In this document: positions 47,305 through 57,013 of the stretch, piece after piece | How the letters are laid out: each line of letters opens with the position of its first letter | Position numbering within the stretch: position 1 is the first letter of the stretch | DNA from: Chloroflexota bacterium | GTDB taxonomy: Bacteria; Chloroflexota; Limnocylindria; P2-11E | NCBI GenBank assembly: GCA_005881885.1 | Contig: VBDX01000134.1 | Span: 4,534 to 68,533, forward strand | Direction: 5' to 3' | Length of the DNA: 64,000 nucleotides | Position numbers and translations under genes: made by a program | Notes under the pieces: generated by a model | Database searches by the model: none | Told to the model about the DNA's origin: nothing | The model's input: only the letters and a program-made list of their open reading frames with translations

Positions 47305-48345
47305 CTAGGGCAGGCGATTGAACCAGAGAAGCGAGAAAGCGCCGGCCATCACCGCCAGCACCGCGGCGGCCAGGGTGAAGTACGCGGTGAGCTCCGTCTT
47401 CTCGTTGCGGATGACGAGCTGCGTGGTGAGGTTCTCGTAGACCGCGCGGAGGTCCTGCTCGGTGCTCGCGCTGAAGTACTCGCCGTCGGTGAGCTGCGCG
47501 ATCTTCTTCAGGGTGGCTTCATCGAGAGCGGTGCGGACAGCGCGTCCCTGCAGCCGGACGATCGTGCCGGCAGCGCTCCCGACGCCGATCGTGTACACGC
47601 GGACGCCACGCGAAATAGCTTGATCCACGACGTCGAGCGGAGGCGGGAACTGATTGTTCTGGCCATCGGAGAGGAGGACGATCGACGCGGACGAGTGCTG
47701 ACCCTGGAGGTATGCCGGAAGCGGCGCGGCCGTCGCTCGGGGAGTGGGGGCGCCGTTCGGATTCTGCTGTTGCAGGATTGAGCTCGGAAGGTCCGTCTCG
47801 CTTCCCATCGACTCCTCGATGGCATCGAGCGATACGAGGATCGCGCGCCCGATGGCCGTCGCGCGCTGCGGCCTGAGGCGGTTGATCGCGGCGATCACCA
47901 GGCCCTTGTCGGTCGTTGGCGACTGGACGATCGACGCGTCTCCGGAGAACGAGACGACGCCGATCTTCACGCTCTCGCTCTGCTTGTCGACGAAGGCACG
48001 CGCCGCCGCCTTCGCCGCTTCGATACGGTTCGGCTTCATGTCCTCGGCGAGCATCGACCCTGACACGTCGATGGCCAGGATGACCGTCCCCTCTTGGCTT
48101 GGAACGGCGACCACGGCCTGCGGCCGCGCGACGGCGATCGACATGAACGCGAGGGCGATCAGGAAGAAAGCGGGCGGAACGTGGCGACGCCATCCCGGAC
48201 CCTTGCCGATGGCCTCGCGGACGAGCGAAAGGTTCGCGTACCGGAGCGCGTAGCGGTTGCGGCGCCGCTGCGCGAGCACGTACAGCAGGGCGAGGCCGGC
48301 GACCACGACGAGCAGCACGAGCGCCGTCGGCCAGATGAACGTCAT
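47305..48345 (-). CDS. VWA-domain membrane protein (BatA-like)
   Basis: N-terminal TM helices, then VILAIDVSGSMLAEDMKPNRIEAAK (MIDAS DxSxS). Confidence 0.75.
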   Translation of the reverse strand: MTFIWPTALVLLVVVAGLALLYVLAQRRRNRYALRYANLSLVREAIGKGPGWRRHVPPAFFLIALAFMSIAVARPQAVVAVPSQEGTVILAIDVSGSMLAEDMKPNRIEAAKAAARAFVDKQSESVKIGVVSFSGDASIVQSPTTDKGLVIAAINRLRPQRATAIGRAILVSLDAIEESMGSETDLPSSILQQQNPNGAPTPRATAAPLPAYLQGQHSSASIVLLSDGQNNQFPPPLDVVDQAISRGVRVYTIGVGSAAGTIVRLQGRAVRTALDEATLKKIAQLTDGEYFSASTEQDLRAVYENLTTQLVIRNEKTELTAYFTLAAAVLAVMAGAFSLLWFNRLP

Positions 48346-49256
48346 GCGATCCTTCCCATCGCCGCGCGTCGTGCGGCACGCCGCTTCCGTGCGTACGCGA
48401 AACGAACGATAGCGCGGACCAGGTCCTCGTCTGTACGGAGGACGAGGACGTCGACTCCCGCGCGCGCGAAGGCTCGCGCAAGTCGCTCCTCACGCCGTCG
48501 CGCCGCCTCGGTGAACCGTTCACGGAAGCGCCGGTCGTGCGTGTCCACGCGGAGCTGCTCGCCTGTCTCGCTATCGGTGAGGACGACCGGGCCGATGTCG
48601 GGCAGCTCGCTCTCGCGCGGATCTATCAGGCGTATGGCGAGCGTCTCGTGCCGGCGCGCGATCTGCAGCAGGCCCTCCTCCCATCCTTCGGCGCTAAAGA
48701 AGTCTGAGACGACGAACACGAGCGAGCGCCGCTTGAGCGTGCGCATCCCCGCTTCGAGGAGCTCGCTCAGCGACGTGAGCGGCGCCTTCTCGATGCGCGG
48801 CCGCTTCTCGATCTCGTGCAGGAGCCGAAGGACCTGGATCCGGCCGCCCAGCGCGGGGATCGCACGCTCGACCCCCGTCGCGTAGATCGTCGCGCCGACC
48901 TTGTTCCCGTGGCGTGTCAGAAGACGGGCGAGGACGGCGGTGAAGTCCAGCAGCAGATCGCGCTTACGCCGGTCCACCGTACCGAAGTCGACGGACGGCG
49001 AGAGGTCTAGCAGGAAGTGCGCGCTGATCTCGCGATCCTCGAGATATTCGCGAACGTAGGGGGTGTCGAGGCGTGCGGTGACATTCCAGTCGATGTGCCG
49101 CACGTCGTCGCCGAACGCGTACTCGCGGATGTCCGCCAGGTCGAGGCCCTGGCCCTTGAACACCGTGCGGTAGTCGCCCTGTAACAGCCCATCGAGCCGC
49201 CGCACGACGGTCCAGTCGAGGCGCTCGAGCCGTCGCTCAGGCGCGGATCGTGACAT
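48342..49256 (-). CDS. DUF58 protein (partner of MoxR/VWA)
   Basis: YAFGDDVRHIDWNVTAR motif characteristic of DUF58. Lies between the MoxR and VWA genes. Confidence 0.75.
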   Translation of the reverse strand: MSRSAPERRLERLDWTVVRRLDGLLQGDYRTVFKGQGLDLADIREYAFGDDVRHIDWNVTARLDTPYVREYLEDREISAHFLLDLSPSVDFGTVDRRKRDLLLDFTAVLARLLTRHGNKVGATIYATGVERAIPALGGRIQVLRLLHEIEKRPRIEKAPLTSLSELLEAGMRTLKRRSLVFVVSDFFSAEGWEEGLLQIARRHETLAIRLIDPRESELPDIGPVVLTDSETGEQLRVDTHDRRFRERFTEAARRREERLARAFARAGVDVLVLRTDEDLVRAIVRFAYARKRRAARRAAMGRIA

Positions 49257-50238
49257 GTTCCTGCAGTGGCTCGGTGGGCACCGGGATGCGCGCGAGCACG
49301 CGGCGGACGACCTCGTCCGCGGTGACCTCGTCGGACAGCGCTTCGAACGAAAGCACGATGCGGTGCCGGATCACGTCGAGGGCGAGGTCCTGGATGTCCT
49401 GTCCGGTCACGTAGCGCCTGCCGCGCAAGAAGGCGAGTGCCCGGCCGGCGAGTACGAGATTGATCGAAGCGCGCGGGCTCGCACCGTAGCTCACGTACTT
49501 GGCGATGTCGCCGATGCCGTACTCGGCGGGTTGGCGCGTGGCCGACGAGAGGCGGACCACGTATTCCATCAGCGTCGGGTCGACGAACACGTCATCGACC
49601 TCGCGCTGGAGCGCGATGAGGCGCTCCGTCGTCATGACCGGGACGACCGGCGAGAGCCGTCCGGTCATCCGTTCGACCACAACGAACTCGTCCATCTCGC
49701 TCGGGTACCCGACGAGGACTTTCATCATGAACCGGTCGACCTGCGCCTCCGGCAGCTGGTAGACGCCCTCCGTCTCGATCGGGTTCTGCGTGGCCATGAC
49801 GAGGAAGGGATCCGGGACCTTGTGGGTCTCACGGCCGATCGTCACCTGCCGCTCCTGCATCACCTCGAGCAGGGCGCTCTGGACTTTCGCCGGCGCGCGG
49901 TTGATCTCGTCGGCGAGCAGTAGATTCGTGAACACCGGGCCGAGCGACGTCTGGAAGTCACCGAGGCGCTGGTTGTAGATACGCGTGCCGACGAGGTCGG
50001 CGGGGACAAGGTCAGGCGTGAACTGGATCCGTTTGAAGTCGCCGGTGATCGCCTGCGCGACCGTCTTGACCGAGAGCGTCTTCGCGAGTCCGGGCACACC
50101 CTCGACCAGAAGGTGGCCGCGCGCCAGGAGGCTGACCAGGAGGCGCTCCAGCAGGTGATCCTGGCCGACGATCACCTTCTTGATCTCGAAGAGGAGCCTG
50201 CCGGTGTCGGGCGGGACCGCGACCTGGGGTTCGGTCAT
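49237..50238 (-). CDS. moxR: MoxR-family AAA+ ATPase
   Basis: LLVEGVPGLAKT Walker A, LLADEINRA Walker B, sensor motifs. Confidence 0.9.
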   Translation of the reverse strand: MTEPQVAVPPDTGRLLFEIKKVIVGQDHLLERLLVSLLARGHLLVEGVPGLAKTLSVKTVAQAITGDFKRIQFTPDLVPADLVGTRIYNQRLGDFQTSLGPVFTNLLLADEINRAPAKVQSALLEVMQERQVTIGRETHKVPDPFLVMATQNPIETEGVYQLPEAQVDRFMMKVLVGYPSEMDEFVVVERMTGRLSPVVPVMTTERLIALQREVDDVFVDPTLMEYVVRLSSATRQPAEYGIGDIAKYVSYGASPRASINLVLAGRALAFLRGRRYVTGQDIQDLALDVIRHRIVLSFEALSDEVTADEVVRRVLARIPVPTEPLQEHVTIRA

Positions 50239-50251
50239 GACGTCCTTCCTC

Positions 50252-51088
50252 TTAGTCCGGCGGCAGGCCGAGCGCGCCTGCCGCGGTGTCGATGGTCACG
50301 GCAAATCCGACCCCGCTGAAGGCGGGCTGCCCCGTCGGATTGACGAGTCCGGTCACGATTCCGACGACGTCACCGTCGCGATTCACGAGTGGCCCTCCCG
50401 AGGATCCCGGATTCACCGCAGCGTCAAACTGGATGAGTCCGGTGAGCGTTCGCCCCTGCCCGGGGATCTGCACGCTGCGGTTGAGGCCGCTGATCACACC
50501 TGTCGAGAGCGAGCGCGTCAGCGCGAACGGGTTTCCGACGACGATCGCGTCGTCGCCGATGTGGACCGTCGATGGACTACCAAGAGTCGCGGCCGTGATC
50601 TGCGCGGGCGGTGTCGCCGGACGCAACGCCGCAATGTCGTTCTCGGCCATCTGCGCGATGACCACCGCCCGCGATTGCGTGCCGTCGGCGAAGATGACCG
50701 TCACGCTCGGCCAGCCCTGGACGACGTGCAACGCGGTAAGGATGTCGCCGGCCTCGTCAATGACCACTCCGGAGCCGGCTTCCACGAGCGTCCCATCGGG
50801 CTTCGCGGTCTTGATCTGGACCACAGCCGGCGCAACCTTCGCGTAGACCTCGCTGATCGCGGGCGTCGGTGTGGGCGATGGCCGTACGTCCTCGGGAGCC
50901 GGCACCGGGGCGAGGGAGATCGCGATGAGCAGAGCCGGGCCCGCGAGCGCGGCGCCCCACGGAAGGGCGCGACGGATCACCGCTCCGATGCGCTCCCGCT
51001 GCGGACTCGGCGACGCGCCGGGTTCCGCGACAGCGTCAGGGCGGCCGCGCGGGAACGAGCCATATGGCCGATCCGCTCTGGTGGGCAC
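50252..51088 (-). CDS. Trypsin-like (S1C/HtrA-type, no PDZ) serine protease, membrane-anchored
   Basis: TALHVV (His), DIAAL (Asp) and NPGSSGGPLV (Ser) catalytic triad motifs. N-terminal TM. Confidence 0.75.
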   Translation of the reverse strand: MPTRADRPYGSFPRGRPDAVAEPGASPSPQRERIGAVIRRALPWGAALAGPALLIAISLAPVPAPEDVRPSPTPTPAISEVYAKVAPAVVQIKTAKPDGTLVEAGSGVVIDEAGDILTALHVVQGWPSVTVIFADGTQSRAVVIAQMAENDIAALRPATPPAQITAATLGSPSTVHIGDDAIVVGNPFALTRSLSTGVISGLNRSVQIPGQGRTLTGLIQFDAAVNPGSSGGPLVNRDGDVVGIVTGLVNPTGQPAFSGVGFAVTIDTAAGALGLPPD

Positions 51089-51164
51089 GAACCTCGGTCG
51101 AGTGTAGGCATCGAGCTTCGGTGACCGGGTATGGGTTGAGTAAGAGGGAGGTCTCTTGCGCTGA

Positions 51165-51180
51165 TAGAACTAATGTTCTA
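51165..51180. promoter_or_regulatory. SOS (LexA, Cheo-like) box TAGAAC-N4-GTTCTA
   Basis: TAGAACTAATGTTCTA about 50 nt upstream of the radical-SAM gene. TGATAGAACTAAYGTTCTA is shared with the site at 38461-38480. Confidence 0.55.
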
Positions 51181-51230
51181 TCGTTCACAGGCCGGGCACG
51201 GGACATCTGGGTCGATGAGAGCGGTCCACT

Positions 51231-52142
51231 TTGCAAGGACGGATTGCGCGAGTGAGCGAGATCACGTATCGGGAGATAGAGGCAAGAGGCGCACTCAACC
51301 GCGTTCGGGGAATGCCGTTCGAGTGGAGCCTGAACCCCTACCTCGGTTGTGCGCACGCCTGTTCCTACTGTTTCGCTCGCGCGTACCACGCTCGTTATCG
51401 CGAACGCGATGTCGGCGAAGCGTTCGATCGGAATATCGAGGTGCGCACGAACTTCGTCGATCGCCTGCGCAACGAGCTCCGGCGCCGGCCACAGGGGTCG
51501 GTGGCGATCGGTACCGCGACCGACCCCTACCAACCGATCGAGGGCACATACCGGCTGACCCGTGGTTGCCTTGAGGCGCTCGTGGACTTCCCGATGCCGA
51601 CGGGCATCGTCACCAAGGGTCCGCTCGTCGTGCGAGATATCGACGTATTGCAGCGGCTCGACGCAAAGACCGACCTGACCGTGTACTTCAGCGTCCCTTG
51701 CGTGGACGAAGAGGTCGTTCGCAAGACCGATCCAGGCACGGCCCCACCACGGCAGCGTCTCCGGGCGCTCCGGATGCTTCGCGACGCCGGTATCGACGCG
51801 GCAGTGCTGTGCATGCCGGTGTTGCCCGGCATCACCGACAGCGAGGAATCGCTCGACCGCGCGGCGAAAGCCGCGAGCGAAGCAGGCGCAACGGCTTTCC
51901 GCCACCGTCCACTCAAGATCGACGTCGAGATACGCGACTACTACATGCAGTTCCTGGCCGCCGAGTTCCCGATGCTCGTACCGCGATACGAAGCGCTGTA
52001 CGGCAATGACATTCACCCGGGTAAGGAGTACGAACGCGAGCTCGAGCAGCGGGTCACGCGCGTCCGGACGCGCTACGAGTTCCGCGAGCGACCGGCGCGT
52101 GAGCGCAAGCCCGAAAACGAGCAGCTTCAGCTGGCTCTGTAG
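51231..52142 (+). CDS. Radical-SAM protein of the SPL/DNA-repair-photolyase-like family
   Basis: NPYLGCAHACSYCFA (CxxxCxxC cluster), 303 aa. Preceded by an SOS box. Confidence 0.8.
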   Translation: MQGRIARVSEITYREIEARGALNRVRGMPFEWSLNPYLGCAHACSYCFARAYHARYRERDVGEAFDRNIEVRTNFVDRLRNELRRRPQGSVAIGTATDPYQPIEGTYRLTRGCLEALVDFPMPTGIVTKGPLVVRDIDVLQRLDAKTDLTVYFSVPCVDEEVVRKTDPGTAPPRQRLRALRMLRDAGIDAAVLCMPVLPGITDSEESLDRAAKAASEAGATAFRHRPLKIDVEIRDYYMQFLAAEFPMLVPRYEALYGNDIHPGKEYERELEQRVTRVRTRYEFRERPARERKPENEQLQLAL

Positions 52143-52334
52143 TCAGCACAGACACCCAGCGGGTGTCCGGATTCCGAGCACGGCATCGAGGGAGATACGC
52201 CAGGACCTGCAATCGCGGGGATCACCGTGACATCTGCGTTACGGCGGGGATCAGCATTAATGGCGCCAGCGAAAAGGCACAGGAACTGCGTATGCGAGAG
52301 ACGTGGCAAACGAGGAACGGCGGAGCGCCGAGCG

Positions 52335-52622
52335 ATGAGCTGGATCGATCAGCTCATCCAGCATCTCGAGCAGGTCACCTGCAGCGGCTGCGGGGAGTAC
52401 TACCACGGCGGGGACATCGCGGCCGTAGTCACCGAGCCGTCACGCCTCATCGTGCGGTTGCGCTGCCGATCATGTGGACAGGACGGCATCGCAATCCTCG
52501 ACTTCGGGACGAAGCCGGTTGCTCCTGAGCCCATTACCGCCGACGACGTGCTCGACACGCACGACCTACTGGCGCGTGCGAGCGGACCGCCCACAGAGCT
52601 TTTCCCGGCGCTGGCGATCTAG
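52335..52622 (+). CDS. Small zinc-ribbon protein
   Basis: CSGCGEYY...CRSCGQ. Start at MSWIDQ. The listed ORF begins further upstream. Confidence 0.4.
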   Translation: MSWIDQLIQHLEQVTCSGCGEYYHGGDIAAVVTEPSRLIVRLRCRSCGQDGIAILDFGTKPVAPEPITADDVLDTHDLLARASGPPTELFPALAI

Positions 52623-52909
52623 GTCAGCCGGCGCAGCGCGCCGGACGTCTCGCGTACGTCGCGCCACCTTTCGTGGTTCGGTACTGCCTTGCAGCCGGCG
52701 AAGGCCGGAGGTCGCGGGATGCGACCCGCCGTTCACGATCTCGCGGGTGCATTCGGTCCCGCCAAAAGACAAACGGCGAGCATGATTTTTGACCTTCGCT
52801 CGCTGGTCCGGCCGGAAAGTGACCATGCGAGGGCCGCGGCGTGCGAAATCAACACATTGACTTCGTTACTCAGCATGACAAAACTCTCCTTCCGAGCTAG
52901 GGGAGGCGC

Positions 52910-53305
52910 GTGATGTCGACGATCGTCCACTACGAGTGCCGCAACCCAGGTCACCTTCGCGGAGGATCGCGCCGCGGGATCGGTGGGACCGTCATTCACC
53001 ATGGATCGGTCGGCTATTGCGACGGGGTCAACGTCGACGGTGCCCATCGGTGGGTCCCGACCGGCGGGGTGCCGATCGAATACCTCTACGACGGCTCGCC
53101 GACATTCGACGGCCCGGGCACGTACCGCGCGAGCGACGGAGCGCTCGTGCACGTTCGCCCTGCGGCCAGCGGCAAGCTGCTGTTCGAGGTCGACGGGGGA
53201 CGATTCGCGGCACGGACCGATCTGCATGTCGGTGTGAAGCTTTCGGACGATCCTGACTGGCCCGATCCCGAGCCGGTCCGGATGGCGCTCCTGCACGCGG
53301 ACTAG
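52910..53305 (+). CDS. Hypothetical protein (131 aa)
   Basis: GGGGAGG RBS upstream. High GC3. No recognised domain. Confidence 0.45.
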   Translation: MMSTIVHYECRNPGHLRGGSRRGIGGTVIHHGSVGYCDGVNVDGAHRWVPTGGVPIEYLYDGSPTFDGPGTYRASDGALVHVRPAASGKLLFEVDGGRFAARTDLHVGVKLSDDPDWPDPEPVRMALLHAD

Positions 53306-53426
53306 CTTCTCCTCCGTACAGACGCCGCTCTCGAACCGCGACATCGCGGAGCTCCTCGCGCTCGAATCCGAGCGAGCCGAAGGGCGCAAGCAGCGCGCAC
53401 TGCGTCGCGCATCTCGTGCCGCGCTC

Positions 53427-54572
53427 ATGTGGTCGGAAGAAGCTACCGTCATCCAGGAATCCGGACGCGATCTCACCGAGCTCAGCGCCATCGGTCCGTT
53501 CACCGCGAACTTCATCTCGCGATGGCTGAAGGATCGGCCCGAGGTACCCGCACCGCCGCCGATCCGAGACGGATTCATCACCTACGCCTCCGCGCGCGAG
53601 GTCACCAGAGTCCACGCCGAGTGGGTCGGCGCAGCGAAAGCGGACCATCAGATGCACACCGACGAGACTGACGGTAGCTCCACGATCGACGAGATGGCCG
53701 AGGCTGCGCGGGCTCTGGGGCGGGAACGAATCGCCATCACCGACCACTCCAGGACGCTACGCATCACGAACGGGATGGATGAAGCCCGTCTCGCGGCACA
53801 GGGCGACCGCGTCGACGCGGTCAACGCGCGCGGGGCGGGTCCGTGGGTCCTCAAGGGCATCGAGATGGACCTCACGCCTGAAGGCGCCGGCGACATGGAG
53901 CCCGCAGCGCTCGCGCGGCTCGACCTCGTGCTCGGCGCCTTCCACTCCAAGCTTCGTCTCCGTGACGACCAGACCGAGCGCTACTTCCGCGCGCTCGCGA
54001 ACCCCGACATACAGGTGCTGGCCCATCCGCGCGGGCGCGTCTACAACTTCCGTACGGGCCTCGTCTGCGACTGGGACCGCGTCGCCCGCCGGGCAAGCGA
54101 GACCGGCACGGTCCTCGAGATCGACGCTTATCCCGATCGCCAGGACCTCGACATCGAGCGCCTGCGCATCGTGGCGGCCGAAGGCGCCTGGATCTCTATT
54201 GGCACCGACGCTCACAGTCCCGGCGAGCTGGCGTTCCTCGAGATCGGGATCGCGGCGGCGATCCTCGCGGGCGTTCCCAGGGAAAGGGTGCTGAACCTGC
54301 TCTCCAATCGCGCATTCGCGGAGCGGGTCGGCCTCGTTCGTGCAGCAAAGGCCGCGAAGATTTCCGAAAGGGGCACGAACAGAGTGGCAGGTGGAAAGCG
54401 CGAGCGCATCGACACCACGCCGGGCAAGTCCGGTGGTTCTCGTTTCGTCCGGCGCGAGGCCGGCGGGAGATTCAGCACCGACCAAACGAGCGCAGGTCGG
54501 AGCGTCGCCCAGGACAAGCGAGTGAAGGCGAAGAACGCGGCGCCGAAAGGGATGAAGGATCGCGGCGACTAA
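53427..54572 (+). CDS. PolX-like protein: N-terminal HhH (8-kDa lyase-like) segment joined directly to a PHP phosphoesterase domain, no polymerase core. The conserved N-terminus continues in frame upstream to about 53238
   Basis: Upstream in-frame NRDIAELLALESERAEGRKQRALRRASRAALMW...LTELSAIGPFTANFISRWL resembles the PolX 8-kDa domain. PHP motifs ADHQMHTDETDGSST, ITDHS, GTDAH. Confidence 0.7.
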   Translation: MWSEEATVIQESGRDLTELSAIGPFTANFISRWLKDRPEVPAPPPIRDGFITYASAREVTRVHAEWVGAAKADHQMHTDETDGSSTIDEMAEAARALGRERIAITDHSRTLRITNGMDEARLAAQGDRVDAVNARGAGPWVLKGIEMDLTPEGAGDMEPAALARLDLVLGAFHSKLRLRDDQTERYFRALANPDIQVLAHPRGRVYNFRTGLVCDWDRVARRASETGTVLEIDAYPDRQDLDIERLRIVAAEGAWISIGTDAHSPGELAFLEIGIAAAILAGVPRERVLNLLSNRAFAERVGLVRAAKAAKISERGTNRVAGGKRERIDTTPGKSGGSRFVRREAGGRFSTDQTSAGRSVAQDKRVKAKNAAPKGMKDRGD

Positions 54573-54675
54573 GACCAAGGAGAAGGCGCGCTCCCTCCGC
54601 GAGTACACGCGCAAGCGCGACTTCGCGACCACAGACGAGCCTCGGGGCGTTCGAGCGCGGAGCTCTCCACGGCCG

Positions 54676-55185
54676 TTGTTCGTGGTCCAGAAGCACCGCG
54701 CGAGCGCTCTGCACTACGACTTTCGCCTAGAGGCCGGCGGCGTTCTCGTATCGTGGGCTGTCCCCAAGGGTCCATCGCCCGATCCAAAGGTCAAGCGTCT
54801 CGCGATGGCCGTGGAGGACCACCCGCTCGACTACGCGCGCTTCGAGGGTGTGATCCCCGAGGGCGAGTACGGCGGCGGTACGGTCATGGTCTGGGACATC
54901 GGGACGTACGAGCTCGAGGGCGATGAAAGCTTCGACGAGGCGCTTCGCAAGGGCCGGATCGTCTTCACGCTGAACGGCAAGAAGCTGAGGGGCGGGTGGG
55001 TCCTTGTCCACACGAGCGGCCGGCAGTGGCTCCTCATGAAGCGGACGGACCGGCACGCTTCCACGGTCGATGTGACCCGAGCGAAGCCGCGCTCGGTCCT
55101 CACCCGCCGGCTTCTCGCGGGGATCGCCCGCGACGAGGGCGGCGACGTAGCGAAGGCCGCGACCGGCGATCCCAGCGGTAGGTAG
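54676..55185 (+). CDS. ligD: Stand-alone LigD 3'-phosphoesterase (PE) domain protein
   Basis: FVVQKHRASALHYDFRLE...VSWAVPKGPS...GGGTVMVWDIGTY matches the LigD-PE consensus. Confidence 0.85.
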   Translation: MFVVQKHRASALHYDFRLEAGGVLVSWAVPKGPSPDPKVKRLAMAVEDHPLDYARFEGVIPEGEYGGGTVMVWDIGTYELEGDESFDEALRKGRIVFTLNGKKLRGGWVLVHTSGRQWLLMKRTDRHASTVDVTRAKPRSVLTRRLLAGIARDEGGDVAKAATGDPSGR

Positions 55186-55209
55186 GGCCCCTGGTGGGGC
55201 AGGGCCGAA

Positions 55210-56136
55210 GTGAAGCTCATCCGCCCAATGCTCGCGACGCTGTCGCCCAGCGTCGTGGAGGGGCCGGAATGGGTCTTCGAGGAAAAGTACGACGGCATCC
55301 GCGCACTCGCCGGCCGCGAACGCGGCCGCGTGAAGATGTGGTCGCGGATGCTGCAGGACCTGACCGCCGGGTTCCCCCACGTCGCCCTGGCGGTGGCCGC
55401 GCTACCCGGCGGGGACCTTCTGCTCGACGGTGAGCTCGTGGCGCTTGACGCGAAAGGAGTCTCGCGCTTCCAGCTGTTGCAGCGACGCGGCGCTGCCGGG
55501 GCTTCGCCCACGAGGTACGCGGTGTTCGACCTGCTCGAGCTCGAGGGCCGAACGCTCATACGACGCCCGCTCGGCGAGCGCCGCTCCGCGCTCGAGCGTT
55601 TCATCGGCCTGCGGACCGAGCCGTTCTTCGTTTCCCGCCGGCTCGTCCGAGATGGGAAGGCCGCGTACCGCGAGGCCAAGCGCCTCGGTTGGGAAGGCAT
55701 CATCGCGAAGGACGAGAGTTCGCCGTACGAGCCAGGCACGCGGTCGCGCTACTGGCGCAAGGTCAAGGTGCGAAAGGAGTCCGAGTTCGTGATCGGCGGA
55801 TTCACCGCGCCTCAGGGCGGCAGGCAGCATCTTGGCGCTCTCCTCGTCGGGCTCTACGACGGACGGAGGCTGCGCTTTGTCGGCAAGGTCGGCACCGGCT
55901 TCACGCAGCAGACGCTGGACATCCTCGCCGCGAAGCTGGACCGCCTTCGAACCGAGCGTCCGCCTTTCGATCCGCCGCCACGCATACGCGACGCGACCTG
56001 GGTCCGGCCGAAGCTCGTCGCGCAGCTCGCATATGCCGAGTGGACCGCTGACGGCAAGCTGCGCCAACCGGCGTTCCTCGGCCTTCGCACCGATAAGCAC
56101 CCGGCGGAGGTCACCTGGAGCCAGCGTGAGCGCTAG
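55210..56136 (+). CDS. ligD: Stand-alone ATP-dependent DNA ligase domain protein (LigD ligase module)
   Basis: EEKYDGIRA (KxDG adenylation motif I), plus motifs III-V and an OB-fold region. Confidence 0.85.
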   Translation: MKLIRPMLATLSPSVVEGPEWVFEEKYDGIRALAGRERGRVKMWSRMLQDLTAGFPHVALAVAALPGGDLLLDGELVALDAKGVSRFQLLQRRGAAGASPTRYAVFDLLELEGRTLIRRPLGERRSALERFIGLRTEPFFVSRRLVRDGKAAYREAKRLGWEGIIAKDESSPYEPGTRSRYWRKVKVRKESEFVIGGFTAPQGGRQHLGALLVGLYDGRRLRFVGKVGTGFTQQTLDILAAKLDRLRTERPPFDPPPRIRDATWVRPKLVAQLAYAEWTADGKLRQPAFLGLRTDKHPAEVTWSQRER

Positions 56137-57013
56137 CGCGGGGAAGATCGCCGGCGTCGCGATCAGCAACCCCGACAAAGTGTGGTGGCCCGACGACGGC
56201 ATCACCAAGGCCGACGTCGCCCGCTTCTACGACGGCATGTGGTCGCGTCTTCTGCCGTGGCTGCGCGACCGGCCGCTCACCGGCGAGCGGTGCCCCGACG
56301 GCATGCTCGGCAGCTGTTTCTATCAAAAGGACTTCCCCGAGGACCGCGCGCCCGCCGGTCCACGTCTGGTCCTCCAGGCGACGAGCACGGGGAAGGACGT
56401 CCGCTACATCGTCGGCGGCTCGCGCGCGACGCTCATCGGGATGGTGAATCTCGGGTGCATCGCGATCCACGTCATGACCTCGCGCGCCTCGCGCATGGAC
56501 GAGGTGGACTGGCTCGCCTTCGACATGGATCCGCAGACCGGCGAGTTCGCCGATGCGGCGCGCGCGGGACTCGCGCTCCGAACGGTGCTCGACGAGGTCG
56601 GCCTCGTCTCCTACCCAAAGACTTCGGGAAGCCGAGGGCTCCACATCTTCTGCCCGCTCCGCGCTGGCGTCTCACCGCAGCGTGCCGCCGCGGTGGCCGT
56701 ATCGCTCGGCCAGGAGCTCGCACGCCGCGAGCCTGACCTCGTGACGGTCGAGTTCTCCAAGAGCAAGCGGGGTGCGCGGGTCTTCGCCGACGCGATGCGG
56801 AACGCGTACGGGCAGACCATCGTCGGTCCGTACAGCGTCCGCCGCCGGCCAAAGGCGCCGGTCTCGACGCCGCTCGCGTGGGACGAGGTCACGACCCGGC
56901 TCGACCCGGCGTCATTCAATTTGCGAACGTTCGAGCGCCGCATCGCGCGATCCGATCCGTGGGCCGATTTCTGGCGGCGCCGGCAGTCGGTACCTCGTCG
57001 CATCGCGACGTGA
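56126..57013 (+). CDS. ligD: Stand-alone NHEJ polymerase/primase domain protein (LigD PolDom)
   Basis: KTSGSRGLHI and SKSKRGARVFAD motifs of the archaeo-eukaryotic-primase-like LigD Pol domain. GTG start overlaps the ligase stop by 11 nt. Confidence 0.85.
   Translation: MSASAGKIAGVAISNPDKVWWPDDGITKADVARFYDGMWSRLLPWLRDRPLTGERCPDGMLGSCFYQKDFPEDRAPAGPRLVLQATSTGKDVRYIVGGSRATLIGMVNLGCIAIHVMTSRASRMDEVDWLAFDMDPQTGEFADAARAGLALRTVLDEVGLVSYPKTSGSRGLHIFCPLRAGVSPQRAAAVAVSLGQELARREPDLVTVEFSKSKRGARVFADAMRNAYGQTIVGPYSVRRRPKAPVSTPLAWDEVTTRLDPASFNLRTFERRIARSDPWADFWRRRQSVPRRIAT

Noticed and set aside
52623-52909. Promoter (TTGACT, then a 17-nt spacer, then AAAACT) and a GC hairpin (CCGGCGC-AGC-GCGCCGG) in the 52.6-52.9 kb intergenic region
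   Set aside because: The -10 element is poor and the hairpin lacks a U-tract, so neither is reported as a feature.
53238-57013. Looked for Ku next to the LigD genes
   Set aside because: None of the neighbouring ORFs (52910-53305 hypothetical, PolX-like, mntH) has Ku core features. Ku must be elsewhere or absent.
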